DNA of 64,000 nt from Diadema antillarum (Eukaryota): assembly GCF_040938485.1 (NCBI RefSeq), contig NW_027272472.1:558001-622000 (forward strand), given 5' to 3'. The notes under the pieces are model-generated. The model was not told where the DNA came from. It ran no database searches and was given only the letters and a program-made list of their open reading frames with translations. Shown piece after piece: positions 46,401-64,000 of this stretch. Position 1 is the first letter of the stretch; each line of letters opens with the position of its first letter. The translations under genes were made by a program, and so were the position numbers.

Positions 46401-49219
46401 CTCGGACTTTTATCCGAGTCAGGCGACCACATCAAAGCAGGTTAAAGATAAAAGGCCTCCTAACGAGAACTTTTCAGAAAGACACAGGTTCACCTCAACA
46501 TCAGGACTGCTACAAGTAACATCCGGTACATTTCTTGTACTACCCAGTTAGATGATGTATGTTATTTTTATAAAGTTCCACATAGATTAGAAGATTTTAA
46601 CTTTAAAGCGACATGGAGATTATATTTTCTATTTCTGCAACAAAAACAAAACAAAGATATTTTCTATCTGCAAGATCTGTCAACTTTGAGCTGAGCGTGA
46701 GATACCCTCACAGAATAGTATATCCCTGAAAGTTATACACTGTGACATCTTACCTTCAAAAGCGTAGTATATCTGTTGTCCCATGGAGTTTTTGATGACG
46801 TACTTATTCTCCATCTCAAATGGTGTCACGACTGTGGTGGAAAAAGGTGACGCAGGCCATCATTTTGCTTTATTTCCGTAAAACTTGAGTTTGAAAATCA
46901 TGAGATATACATGCATTTTTAATAACCTGCAAAAATCGCATTTCGACGCTGTTCATGCCACATGCGAGATTTACGTACAGTCCGACAGCTCTTGGAGAAA
47001 AAAAGAAAAGAAAAAAGTAACCTTCGTTAATTGTCTTTGTCAACTGTATGCAAATGGAGCTGATAGTTTCTCTAAGGTATCAGTGTAACATCTCTTAAGA
47101 CGGCCTTTTGGTTCCCAGTTGTAGAGATCATTTGAAATTGAATTAGTATTTCTTACAACTTTTGAATTCGATTGATTCCACTAATTTCATTAAAAGAGGT
47201 AAAATATGGCAAGATATACATCTTTTGATGTCCTATTTCTCAGCGTATTTTTTGTATTTTTTTTACATCTTGTCATTTGACTGAAGCAGGGCCATGCAAA
47301 CACTTGATGTGTAGACTGTATTGATATTTAGATATCCTAAAATACAAATGATATCTGTTTAATATTCAGAAAGATATGAAAATGCTGCGATAAACTTGTG
47401 AATTAAACAGAATGCCTTTACGAGAAACGTCTTACTTTCAAATAGCTCGACGACCTGGTGTATGAGAACCTGATCGACGAGGGCAAGATATTCGAGACCA
47501 GAGGGACAGCCGGTGACCCCACCTGGCATCTCCATCCACTCTACAGGGGGTGCTGGTGGCCCCATACTCACAGTCTGTCCAGTTTGTCAAATTTAGCAGA
47601 AAGAATTGAGGAAGGAGGGGAGAATAGGTAAGATAGATATCGGCAAACTCAATATAACCCTATTTATATCACAAAGGTTGTAAATAGTGACGAGAAATAA
47701 GTACGAAAGTAAGCATGGTAAGACAAGAATGAGCTTGGGCAAAGGGTTGACAAGATGAATACTAATCAATAGTCTGCAAGAGACATTTTTTTTTTTTTAA
47801 CTTGCCAGGTCATATAAAGTTTTATATGATTTATATAGCAGGAAGACAATTCGACCGTTCACAGTGAAAGTCATTTTGCTCACTAGGAATTCTAATCATT
47901 CGTCTTGTCATTGTATGATCCTTTTCATTCACCCAAATGCTCAATAATATGCCTTCATAAACCATGTCCCCTTCTGGTCTATAATTGATACTGACACCAA
48001 ACTGACTGTTTGTATCCTAAAAGCCGAGTCGTCACATCTCGTACTCGTACCATTCTTGATCGCTCATTTCTTTTCACTGACTGCAAAAAATATCAACGAT
48101 GACAATATCAATGATAATAATAATAATGATATTATAATCATTTAAAGCCGTCTGGATGAATATCTCCTCACTTTGTGATCGGTCAGTCTTTGCCTATAGG
48201 TAGGGACAGAGCAGATAACAATTAAGTTGGCAAGGTGTAGAAAGATAGAGGTTGAAAGATAGCAGTATTTTCTTCGTTTTATCATGACACGTGACCATGA
48301 TCTATTTTCACTGATGAAGATTGATCTATCACATCCGATCTATTGAGTGCCTTATATACACTATCGAGAGGGGATAGTTTCAAAATGAAACAGCTTTTGT
48401 ACACAGATTCTGAGTACGTAATTACAATTTAGGGCTTTTTACACTTGTGTTTCTTAACCCCGGACTTTCTCTGACCCAGGACTATCGTTAGTCCCGTACC
48501 AATTTTTTCAGCTTTTTACACTGGCCAATTAGTCCCGTACTATCTCTTGTCCGGGGCTAAGGAGAAAACTGACCTTTTTACACTCGTATTTCTTAGCCCC
48601 GGACTTTCCAAACCACATGAATATTCATAATTACGCTGTGTACTGTACACGTACACGCACGCACCGGCAGCACTTGATTGCCTCGTTTCTGATTGGTCAG
48701 TGAGGGTCGGACTTCGTGTCCGTCGCTTAGCCCAGGATTATTTTTTCGTTCTGTTTACACTCACTTGCTTGGCACCGCAATTGCGGTGCTAACCCCTGCT
48801 ATTTTGCAGGGCCAGATAGTACCGTACTATCGGTGGGGCTAGCCCACTTTGGCAAAAACGAGTGTAAACAGAAAGTGGGCTAAGGATAGTCCCGTACCAA
48901 CGGTGGGGCTAAGGCCCCCCCCCCCCCCCCCCTTAGCCCCACCGATAGTCCGGGGCTAAGCAAAAATTTACAAGTGTAAAAAGCCCTTTTGTTATCTTTC
49001 TGAGCCTGAATTAGTTCCTTCCCATACCTGAGGGACATTGGAGGAGTATTTGTGCGTCATGTTAGCAGCTCCTGGGCCCGAGGTTGGCATCTGGACTGTC
49101 TCTGTCGTACCAGCTAGCTGGATTTCGATCCATGGCTGCGGTGTAGCGATCGGTGCCTGATCCACCGGGGGCGGCAGCGGGGCTTTCTCGCTTTCGCCTT
49201 CCCTTTGTTCTAATTCCAT
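40407..49219 (-). CDS. PLSCR: Phospholipid scramblase family protein, paralog C (9 coding exons, 313 aa)
   Basis: Minus-strand exons 49219-49028, 47574-47436, 46831-46754, 45780-45704, 43589-43459, 42515-42395, 41820-41718, 41432-41374, 40448-40407; GT-AG, phases join, 942 nt. Close paralog of B: GCPSGLEYLALVDQVLIHQ, SKQWGGWVREMYTKADNFSMTFPTDLDVRTKATLMAAMFLIEFAYYERKKNRKS*. Confidence 0.95.
43158..43312. mobile_element. Harbinger-like MITE with CAG TSD
   Basis: CAG|GCCCCGTTTCATAAAA...TTTTATGAAACGGGGC|CAG. Confidence 0.8.
43674..44560. repeat. (ATG/GTG)n low-complexity tract interrupted by two N runs
   Basis: Trinucleotide repeat flanks N runs 43810-44041 and 44101-44481 in intron 4 of paralog C. 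Confidence 0.9.
48431..48987. mobile_element. PIF/Harbinger-like MITE, copy 2
   Basis: Same TIRs, 3-bp TSD TTT/TTT. Differs from copy 1 mainly by lacking a 20-bp tandem duplication and having a longer poly-C. Confidence 0.85.
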
Positions 49220-49625
49220 GCTGCTCTTGTGGTCTATTCAATGAATTAATTATGCATACATCCATTGTTCCTTGGAGAATATTGTAGCTATTTCAGTTTG
49301 AGCTCGTAATGGTGTTCGTTATTCCCGAGGCTCGTTATTCCGAAAAATGTAATAAGCTTCGTTATTCCGAAAGTTTCGTTAATACAAAGGTTTGTTAGTG
49401 TGTTGGTACGTACCTTAACGAACCTTAATTCCAACAATGAACAATACCCGTTATTTCTTGCCTTGGTAATGACACGTAAAACGAATGAATGAAAAAAAAA
49501 GACATATGCAGTTACAATTGTCAAGAAGGTAATTGACCGATATATTAAGTTTGGCTCGTCACACCTTCTATAGAAAGCAGACCTGCACAAAGTTCTGGCA
49601 GAGCCGCATGTCAACATGAGAATTG

Positions 49626-49685
<60 letters not shown>

Positions 49686-50549
49686 GTTCCATTACGAGCA
49701 ACGAAAGAGACTGAATTATACTGTTGCTACGTTATGATTAACTGTTGTGTTGCTTTGAGGTAAATCATTGGCCTATTTTCGAGGATATATTCGGCTCGCA
49801 TATCTAGTGAGTAAAATCAATATACATTCAACGTAAAATTGTCATCCATAAAATATTTACCAGTTGCATTTTAATGGATAATGCCAGAGGTTCATTTCAC
49901 ATCAAAATGCCTCTCGAAACCGTTACAATGCATTTGCAATTTCTTTCGCGATGTAAAATAAATGAAATGAAATGAAATGAAATGAAATGAACCTGTTTCT
50001 AATACTGCGCCCGTTCAAATTTCCCTGATCTGAATCAGACGGTGCTTCCTGTAAGGGCGAACTTTTCTTCTATTCGTTGCGTCTAGTTTTCTGTCCACCT
50101 ACATCGTAAACTGGTTGTGAAAGAGTGTCTGTAAACACCGGCTCCTGCAATGTTTTGTTTGTCGATGGTATTTTCTATGTATAGAAAGGAATGCATAGCA
50201 CCAGCCGCTCTGTCTCTGATGTTCTACGCCACAGCGAATTCTGTAGGATGTAGTTAAAAATAGAACCAGGGTTTACTCTATATGCTGGTTGCAGACAAGC
50301 TTTAACAATGTACTGATAGCATGTACTCGTTAGACGTGTCAAAATAGTGGAGAATTGATTATTGTGGTAGTGCAGCGACTCGTTGACCTAATCATTGTTA
50401 TGGACTCGATCGTTCCCACCGTGTGCGCTCACAGACACACAATGGATCGAGCTGTGATTATGAATGCTTCCCTATACCCGCTTTTCCATACAAACATTTT
50501 CCACAGACACCTACCCGAGTATCTTCGGGACTAGTCTTCATTGGGTTAA

Positions 50550-50950
50550 AGGGATAGTAGAGATCTAGTACAGTATTGGTGGAGATGAGAATTGGGCTTT
50601 TAAATTTTTGCGAGATACCAAGAAAACACTTTTGATATAGCACAGAGCATACCATTTTAAGAGGAATTCAAAGTTTATTTGATGAAAATTTGGTTTGGAA
50701 TAACTGAAACATCCAAAAACAAAGTACTAGTAAAACAAAGCGATCGTTACAAAGTGTGGGTCCCACACTTTATTAGAATCGCTCTTTTTTGGATATCTCA
50801 GCCATTTCAAAAACAATTTTTATCAAATAAACATTGAATTCCTCATAGAATTACATGCTCTTTCATAAAGTTCATAAGAGATTTCTCATTATCTCATCTA
50901 AAAATGTTAGAAACCTGAAATTAGGTCTCAACCAGAACTCTACGTTCCCT
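50550..50950. mobile_element. Kolobok-like TTAA MITE, copy 2
   Basis: TTAA|AGGGATAG...GTTCCCT|TTAA; homologous to 5202-5584. Confidence 0.8.
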
Positions 50951-51592
50951 TTAATCATTTCTCGTAGGGTATGAAGTGTGCAGTGTACCATGCACAGAAA
51001 ATAAGCTCCCAACATTCGGCAACAATAAGGCAAATCCCGTCCGATTCTACCGAGTGGCGGAAGCCTCTCGTTACAGTATTGTCAAGGCGTAGAGCTTCCC
51101 TAGCTGGCATTACACCTATAAACGACAGTTTGTACCCGAATACAAACGCTGTATACAGAGGAAATTGCGTAACGATTCGTTTGATGGGGTTTACTGTACT
51201 AGGTGGCAATCCAGCACAATTTGCAATTGTACATTTTGTACGTACCTTCGTGTGAAAATGTAATCATATAGCACTAACAAGTACAGTAACATCATAATAA
51301 TTTAAGGAAAATGGGAAAAGGCACGTTGTGTGGGTTTTTTTTTCGTGGATTTTCACTGAATTTGGATCATTTTGGGTTGAATGCTTCTATTCTGATTAAT
51401 GTCACTAAGTATCTGAGAGGTGAGCATATTATTAGGCCCTAAATCACAATTCAGCTTGACTGAAAGCAGCTAGCTGTAACAGAAAGAATTACCACCGCAG
51501 GCACCACAGCTGTTCGATAAGACTCAAAATCAAACCAATATTCCTATGACTGCCACTTCATACTTCTACTTTCTTCTTCTCTCTGCTGTTTC

Positions 51593-51895
51593 CAGAGACT
51601 CCAACCCAAAGTACCTTCTGATCTGGAGATTCTCCCGCCTGAAACCCCTAGCAAACGGGAGACTCAAAGTTGATGTGTGCGAAGCGCGAAATTCCCAGGG
51701 ATGTAGATGCTCTCTGGTGCTATCTAAAGCTTATTTTTTCAACATACGATAGAAATATGTAAGAAATCCTGTCCAACGGGAGACAAAGAGCCAGGGCGGG
51801 AGAAATTAAATCTCAAACGGGAGAACGGGAGATTTAGCAAAAATGGGTTTTCGGCGGGAGATCTCCCGTCGAAAACGGGAGAGTTGGAGTCTCTG
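51593..51895. mobile_element. hAT-like MITE
   Basis: CAGAGACTCCAAC...GTTGGAGTCTCTG, internal GGGAGA/TCTCCC units, TGTTTC directly flanking both ends. Confidence 0.7.
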
Positions 51896-52245
51896 TGTTT
51901 CCTCTTCTTCTGTTTCTTCTTCTATTTCTTCTTCTTACTATTCACTACATATATGCACAGTCACGATGGGCTATCATGAGTGATAAGCGCAGGTCTCGAT
52001 CATAAGGATAGGGTGTAACGGTTAGACCTATATATACAATCTGTACAACTTACACTGTACTGTCCATATTGCATTTTGATCTATATAACAATTGGGTTCG
52101 ATCGCTTATGCCTCCTATACCACGCTTATTCACGCAGTGTTAATCAGAATCACAACACAACACAACACAATACAATTAACACGACATCATATCTTTATGT
52201 AGCACCACCAGCAGTGTTGTTTGGTGAGCTAGAAGCAATACTTAC

Positions 52246-52435
52246 CCGATTTTATTATCAAGACGTAGACAGGCTTTAGACCAAAAAGGTGCTCTCCACT
52301 CACAGTCTGACGTGGGGTTCGAAAGGCTTAGGCTTGGTGAGACTCGAAGAATGGGGATGGGCTCTTTGTTACGTCATAGCTCTGTTTACTGTGCGAATAC
52401 GTGAAGGTTTTATGAAGAGTGGCGACTCTTTATAC
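52246..52435 (-). promoter_or_regulatory. Putative TATA box and non-coding first exon of paralog C
   Basis: Minus-strand GTATAAA at 52435-52429, donor GG|GTAAGT at 52245, shared motif at 52299; acceptor at 49234-49235 before the ATG. Confidence 0.4.
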
Positions 52436-54120
52436 TCTGGACGCTCATGGGTTTGCGTATATGTATCGTTCGTGTTAGAATCCTTTATGCAAGGCCATGT
52501 GAAAGACGGCAGTTGTGTACGCCTTATCACACATATTAAGATTCCTTTCATTTATTTTTTGTTTTATCGGAAATATATCATAATTATATAGCATGTTATG
52601 TTCAGTTTTGGTGTGCAAAATTATGAGATTATAGACATATATTNNNNNNNNNNNNNNNNNNNNNNNNNNNNNNNNNNNNNNNNNNNNNNNNNNNNNNNNN
52701 NNNNNNNNNNNNNNNNNNNNNNNNNNNNNNNNNNNNNNNNNNNNNNNNNNNNNNNNNNNNNNNNNNNNNNNNNNNNNNNNNNNNNNNNNNNNNNNNNNGT
52801 AGTAGTATAATCAAATGGTACTACAGTGTGTATCATACGCAGGCTGATGTACATAGTCAAGGGAGAAAGAAAAAATACATACATGTACACTTGACTCTCT
52901 TGTGTAGACATGATACAAGCGAAAACGAAACAGCTGTGTGTCCTACGGTTGTATGGGAGGACCTAGCTTTTCATAAACATTTCTGACTTCTTTATCTGTT
53001 TGAAGATATTCTGTTTTTGCCATTTTCTCGGTGTTGGAATAAAATGTTTCCCGGTCTTGTTTTGATAACTTTTAATGCAATAGAACAAAGTCAATGTCAT
53101 CTTTTAGAATTTTGATGACTTCTGTGTCAAGCAAATATATCAAGAAAGTTGGGACAATTTGACAGCAGTGGTATATTATCCAAAATCTCACCAATATTTC
53201 ATCATTGAATCTGTAGAGTCTCATATTCTCTGCGGATGATTTTTGCGTGAATCTACTAAAAGTTGAATTCCAAACACAGTTGTTGGAAAAAAAAGTCCAG
53301 AAAAACAAAAAAGCTCCCCCCCCCATTAGTTCTGTTCGTTGAAGAGCGACATAATAGCTTCTCATCCTAAGGTCTGCATTGGAAAACAAAGCAAAAAAAC
53401 AAAAACAAAACAAGAATCTTTAATCTTCTACTGACTTTTTAAATTGCTATAATTTTCGGAAGAACGTTCTCTTTGTAGTTGATTTAAATGATGTGAAAGA
53501 AGACCATCATAATGTTTAGATTTCTCGGTATCAATAGCCTTATTCACGCACATAAATCATCAGCGCGGTGTTAAAATCACGCGGGATTGAGATGCGTAAA
53601 TATTGTCGTATGGTTAAAATGACAGGTATTGCTGGATTGCTGATCAATAGATTATGGGTAACCACGTAATCTTAGTCCCTTAACTTTATTTGTGTTGTAC
53701 AGCGAATTCAACAACATGGACGAAATGGTGAGAAAGAAACATTATAGGCAGTCAACTATAGATACCGGTACTTATGCTATTTTCAGTGTATTATGTTGTT
53801 GTGATATAAAGATGGTTGAAGCGAATTCAATCAGCATGTTGAGAAGGAATACACAAGTATACACTTGGTATAGTCAAAATCAGGTGAGATATTTTGAAAG
53901 GAGTAGTCTTTTACAATTTTGAAAGATTTCCAAGAATAGGCCTATTTTCAGGAGAAAACAAATCAACTTAGAATTTCATAGTGCTCTCAAGGTGTGTAAA
54001 GTTGTGCCTCCTTTTGTTTTCTGCTCCAAGGTATATGGCAAGCTCGATGTGATGATCCGAACAGCCATGACAGCTGAAACAGATGGCGCTTGATAAGCGC
54101 GCAGGGCGACCTCAGCGAGC

Positions 54121-54134
54121 GTTACCATGACTAC
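54121..54134. promoter_or_regulatory. RFX X-box-like site upstream of beta-tubulin
   Basis: GTTACCATGACTAC about 190 bp before the ATG. Confidence 0.45.
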
Positions 54135-54318
54135 GGACTGGGCTGTCGGCTTTCAGCATCAGCAGATGGATGCTGGGAGAGGCGTTGGCTCATCGTCGCT
54201 CACTCGTTGACTCTTAGTCACATCAGGAGACATAGCATCATCTGCAACCGGTGATCGACCTCGTACTCGTCCGTTAACTTCTTAGTACCTTTTTTTGTAT
54301 ATTTCATAAACCAGAAAC

Positions 54319-60225
<5,907 letters not shown>

Positions 60226-60765
60226 GGTTTCTACGCGCTCACTCCGATACAAACATATTTCTCATTCATCTGCTCTATTGTTGAATATCCGTATGTTTTA
60301 AAGATCACTTGCCTTTAAGCCATTCACAGTAGCTATGAATATACTGTCTTTGTTTGTGTACATTCGTTGTTGTTGATGTTGTTGATGTTCTGCCGTATGT
60401 CATCAAATTGTGTACTGTTTGTATCGAGCCGTTATTGACTAAAGAAAAGCGGGTTTTTGTCCGTCTGTAATGACATAAATTGTGTGAATTGTGTTAATGT
60501 GATGTCATTGGTCTAATTTGATGTTTACTCGTAAATGCTAGATTTGAAAGAGATATTCAGGTAGGATGATTGACGGATTTGGGCAAGGAATTACTGCCAT
60601 TAAAGTAGTTATAGCTGCAAATCACCGTGGTCTCGAGCGGAGGGAAATTCACAGTATTCCAATCATCTGACTATCATACTCACTGCCTTCGTCAAGTATT
60701 GTTATATCATCATATTAATGAGTATTTAAACCGTTTAAACTTATCGTGGACGACTGCTCAAGTAT

Positions 60766-62553
60766 TCAGGGGAAATACGAGGACTCTTGGACACCGTTCT
60801 TAACAGTCTTCACTGTTAGAAGGTAAAATGGGGAGGAATACACGCAAAGTAGTACATTACCATGCCAGCTGCCTTTAAGAGAAAGGTATACGCATGAAAC
60901 TAACTATGAATTAAGGGATTTTAGCTAGGACAGTGTCAGGATTATCAGTACTTTAGGGTTGGAATCATTTCATTTCTGTCTCCAACTTGATCTTGATCAT
61001 GAAATGTAACTGTACCTTGCCAAACTAGTGTCTGTAACTTGTGATGTCCGTGCATGAATATCATAGAACATGACCATGACGGTCGAAAGGGTTTGTTACT
61101 TTCGTGGTATTGATTAGAAGACACCTTAAGTATTCTAATAAGAAAAGAGAAAAAAAGAGAATTTCAAATAAGTACATTCTAACTACCTGTATCAGGCCTA
61201 GCAGTCACTCAACCAAAAACATTTTGTATACTTACCGTTCTGATGCCAAATGCCACCTGAAGGCAAATTTTGATTAAAAATCAAAGAGCTGGTAAGTAGC
61301 AACTCTGTGCAACTGTTGAAGAAGACATTGAATGAATATAATCTTTCATAGGTATACATTCAAAACGGAAAATGATATAATCATTGAACGTAAGCGGCAA
61401 AATCATTAATAATCTGTTCACGTTAACTTTCCTTGATGTATTCTGACAATTTATGATCTTCTTTGCCATATTTCTTAAACCTGGAATAAAGAAACACTAT
61501 CCTTAAACCTCCTCTTCTCCTCAGAGTCTGTGATTCGAGCTTCATTGTTTGTCGCAAAATGAGAGCAACTTCGCACACACACGCGTTTATAGAGGTTTTA
61601 ATGATTGTATTATTATATCTATGTGCATGTATGTATGTAATATGTATGCATATTATGATATAATACAAATATATCATCAAGCACACATACACATACACAC
61701 AAATAATATATAAATATAAACATATGTATGTAAACATATATATATACATATGTATGTGTATTTGCGCTTGANNNNNNNNNNNNNNNNNNNNNNNNNNNNN
61801 NNNNNNNNNNNNNNNNNNNNNNNNNNNNNNNNNNNNNNNNNNNNNNNNNNNNNNNNNNNNNNNNNNNNNNNNNNNNNNNNNNNNNNNNNNNNNNNNNNNN
61901 NNNNNNNNNNNNNNNNNNNGTTTTACTTATATGACGATCGTGCCATATTTACCCAAGGCGGGCCTCATATCAAACAACAGTTCATTATTGTGTCAATTAA
62001 AAATGAGTGTTTATTTGATCAGGAAATGATTAGGGTCTTTGTGACAAGTCTTTATTGCCCATTTTTACCTTAAGCTTAATGCATTTTATAGGGTAATGAG
62101 TGCAATGTTAACTTATGAATAATTCAGATTGTAGTCATCTTTCTGACGTCATAATGATCCGAAGGTGGTAACAAAATGACCAATTACCCTATATAGTAAA
62201 GTATGATGAATGGGGTATGACATAGAAGAACGGACATGACATTCATGTGTTAGGCTATAGCATGTCAGATTGACATGCTTATTCTATATAGGACCAAGAA
62301 AATAAGGACAGATTCACACAGCAAACTATGACAATTATTATAGTGGAGACTGGAGACAAAGAAGACAGGAAATAGAAAAAAAAATACACCTATATGCTTT
62401 ATATATGAGCGCAAAATGTGCAAACTACAGACCATAGAGTATGATCAGAAGAAAGCATAAATACCTGTAACCATACATGAATCTTACATGCGTACACAAC
62501 ATGATGAAAATATTCATAAAGATACTTACGTGATACCAACATGTAAGATTCTT
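60766..62553 (-). CDS. Possible last exons of an unidentified convergent gene
   Basis: Exons 62553-62530 (24 nt, GTAAGT donor), 61256-61236 (21 nt, GTAAGT donor) and 60812-60766 (strong pyrimidine acceptor, ends TGA) join in phase 1 as EESYMLVSRGIWHQNVKTVKNGVQESSYFP*. No family recognised. Confidence 0.3.
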
Positions 62554-64000
62554 CTGGATGTTTTAGACAGAATTCAGAGAACAGTAAAACAACTGTCAAA
62601 AGTAATTTTACATTCAATTCAATTCAATTCAGTTCATTTCAAATGATTTTATTTCCATGAGTTTAAAGTAATAAAAAGTAATATACGTAACGCTTACATG
62701 AGTACATGCGATTTCCAGGAACTTTGAATCACACGAGTTTCAACAAAACATGGATACAATATTATAATGATATCAGCCTTGATTGGGTTTTAGATAAATA
62801 AACAAGTAAGCAATACAATCTTACTTTGTGACTCTTTATGAATAAGGGGAATTCACAAGAGAAGCATTGCTTGCAAATTTCCTGAATTACTATAGGAGAT
62901 GAGGGCTCTCAGGATCCATCTAGGACTCTATGTATGAAAATTTGATATCATGACGTCAGGCGAAACAAACAGAAAGAAAGGACTATGACAAGAACAAGAA
63001 CGAAAGCAGGGACGAAACAGGTGGAAAAACAAACTAAAGATAGGCATTACAAAGAAAGGGAAGGAAACAAAAACAAGTGTCTACAATTCGGTTTTTTGGA
63101 AAGGTCATGCTACCACTAATTCAAGACTGATTGGGAGCACTAATTTATTTTGTTTCTCTTTTTTTCGTATGAAATAATTATATTCATTTTGCTTTCTTAA
63201 TTTGGTGCTTGTATGTGTTTAGGGTCTATACCGCGAAATATATGGGGCTAGGGTGGTGTTACTTTGGAGCCTTGAAAATAATGTAGGTCCCATGATCCCC
63301 TTACACGCCCCTGGAAACACGTTACGCCTGTCTCTTCCTCATTCCATACGCATTGTCAATTGGTTTTACGATGCCAAACAAATGCAATAAAACCCGCAAG
63401 TCTTTGCTTGCTTACCACGGTTACCATGTGAACATAAATCGTCTGCTGCTTTTTCAAAGTTCCACTCAACAGTGAACCGCAGATTATTTTATTCCCCAGG
63501 TGATATAATGGGACGTTCATTGTTGTTTGCAGTATAAAGAGTGTCTATAAAACGGGTTTCATGGCTACTTCATCAAGTGCAGGCTGACACGGCGCTTGTG
63601 AGTTGATCGCTTTGACTATAGCTCAGGTAATGTCTGGCGACGGTCACATCTACCACCGGCAATACTCGGTCTACATCGCCACAACAACCTGCTGCCTACG
63701 ACGACTTGGCTGCCACACAATACAATACATTTCTTGAATCTCTCCCAGAGTATATATAGGACAAGTGGAATACAATACACCATTCGTCAATTTTACGTAC
63801 TTGACTTAGAGAATCTACAAGTGCGTTCATGATAAACCCGGAAGTTTAGCGAACCCAACTGAATTGTCTTCCATGCAGCACTGCATGCATGACATTGTCG
63901 GCGTCATTTCTGTAAGTCGTGGATGGAAGAGCTTGGCCTAGTCACATCAATTTGCAGAAACTTATTTTGAGGTCGACAACTTTGCATGGGGTAGAGAGAC

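Noticed and set aside
46128-46500. Possible LINE RT fragment on the minus strand
   Set aside because: Only a vague KSP-like match; diagnostic motifs absent.
50960-51255. Coding-like GC-richer stretch
   Set aside because: No family recognised in any frame; the best-looking frame has an internal stop; no splice support.
63400-64000. Exon-like segments at the window end
   Set aside because: Candidate frames hit stops or have weak acceptors; cannot be linked confidently without downstream sequence.

Overview
AT-rich, intron-rich animal genomic DNA; an echinoderm-like invertebrate is my inference from repeat style and tubulin sequence, not proven. Four intact spliced genes can be built by hand with canonical GT-AG introns and consistent phases. 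Three are phospholipid-scramblase (PLSCR-family) paralogs arranged -> <- <-: A 4213-18069 (+, 245 aa), B 20753-31010 (-, 313 aa) and C 40407-49219 (-, 313 aa). The fourth is a 447-aa beta-tubulin (54319-60225, +) lying head-to-head with C. Introns and intergenic DNA are packed with non-autonomous DNA transposons (Harbinger-, Kolobok-, hAT- and Tc1-like), a 4.8-kb TIR element, a TSD-flanked L1/Tx1 LINE 3' end, a decayed Gypsy gag-pol, microsatellites and six N runs. Best second-look items: (1) a ~350-bp intronic foldback carrying two inverted minimal hammerhead-ribozyme cores of Penelope type; (2) an orphan 24-codon vigilin-like exon piece with its splice donor, abutting a MITE end inside a scramblase intron; (3) an altered Ca2+-binding loop in all three scramblases (4-aa deletion in A, D->K in B and C); (4) a beta-tubulin with the axonemal EGEFEEE tail, several RFX X-boxes and clustered substitutions in the nocodazole/benzimidazole pocket. 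No CRISPR, rRNA or intact tRNA was seen. Comparisons to reference proteins are from memory and need database confirmation.
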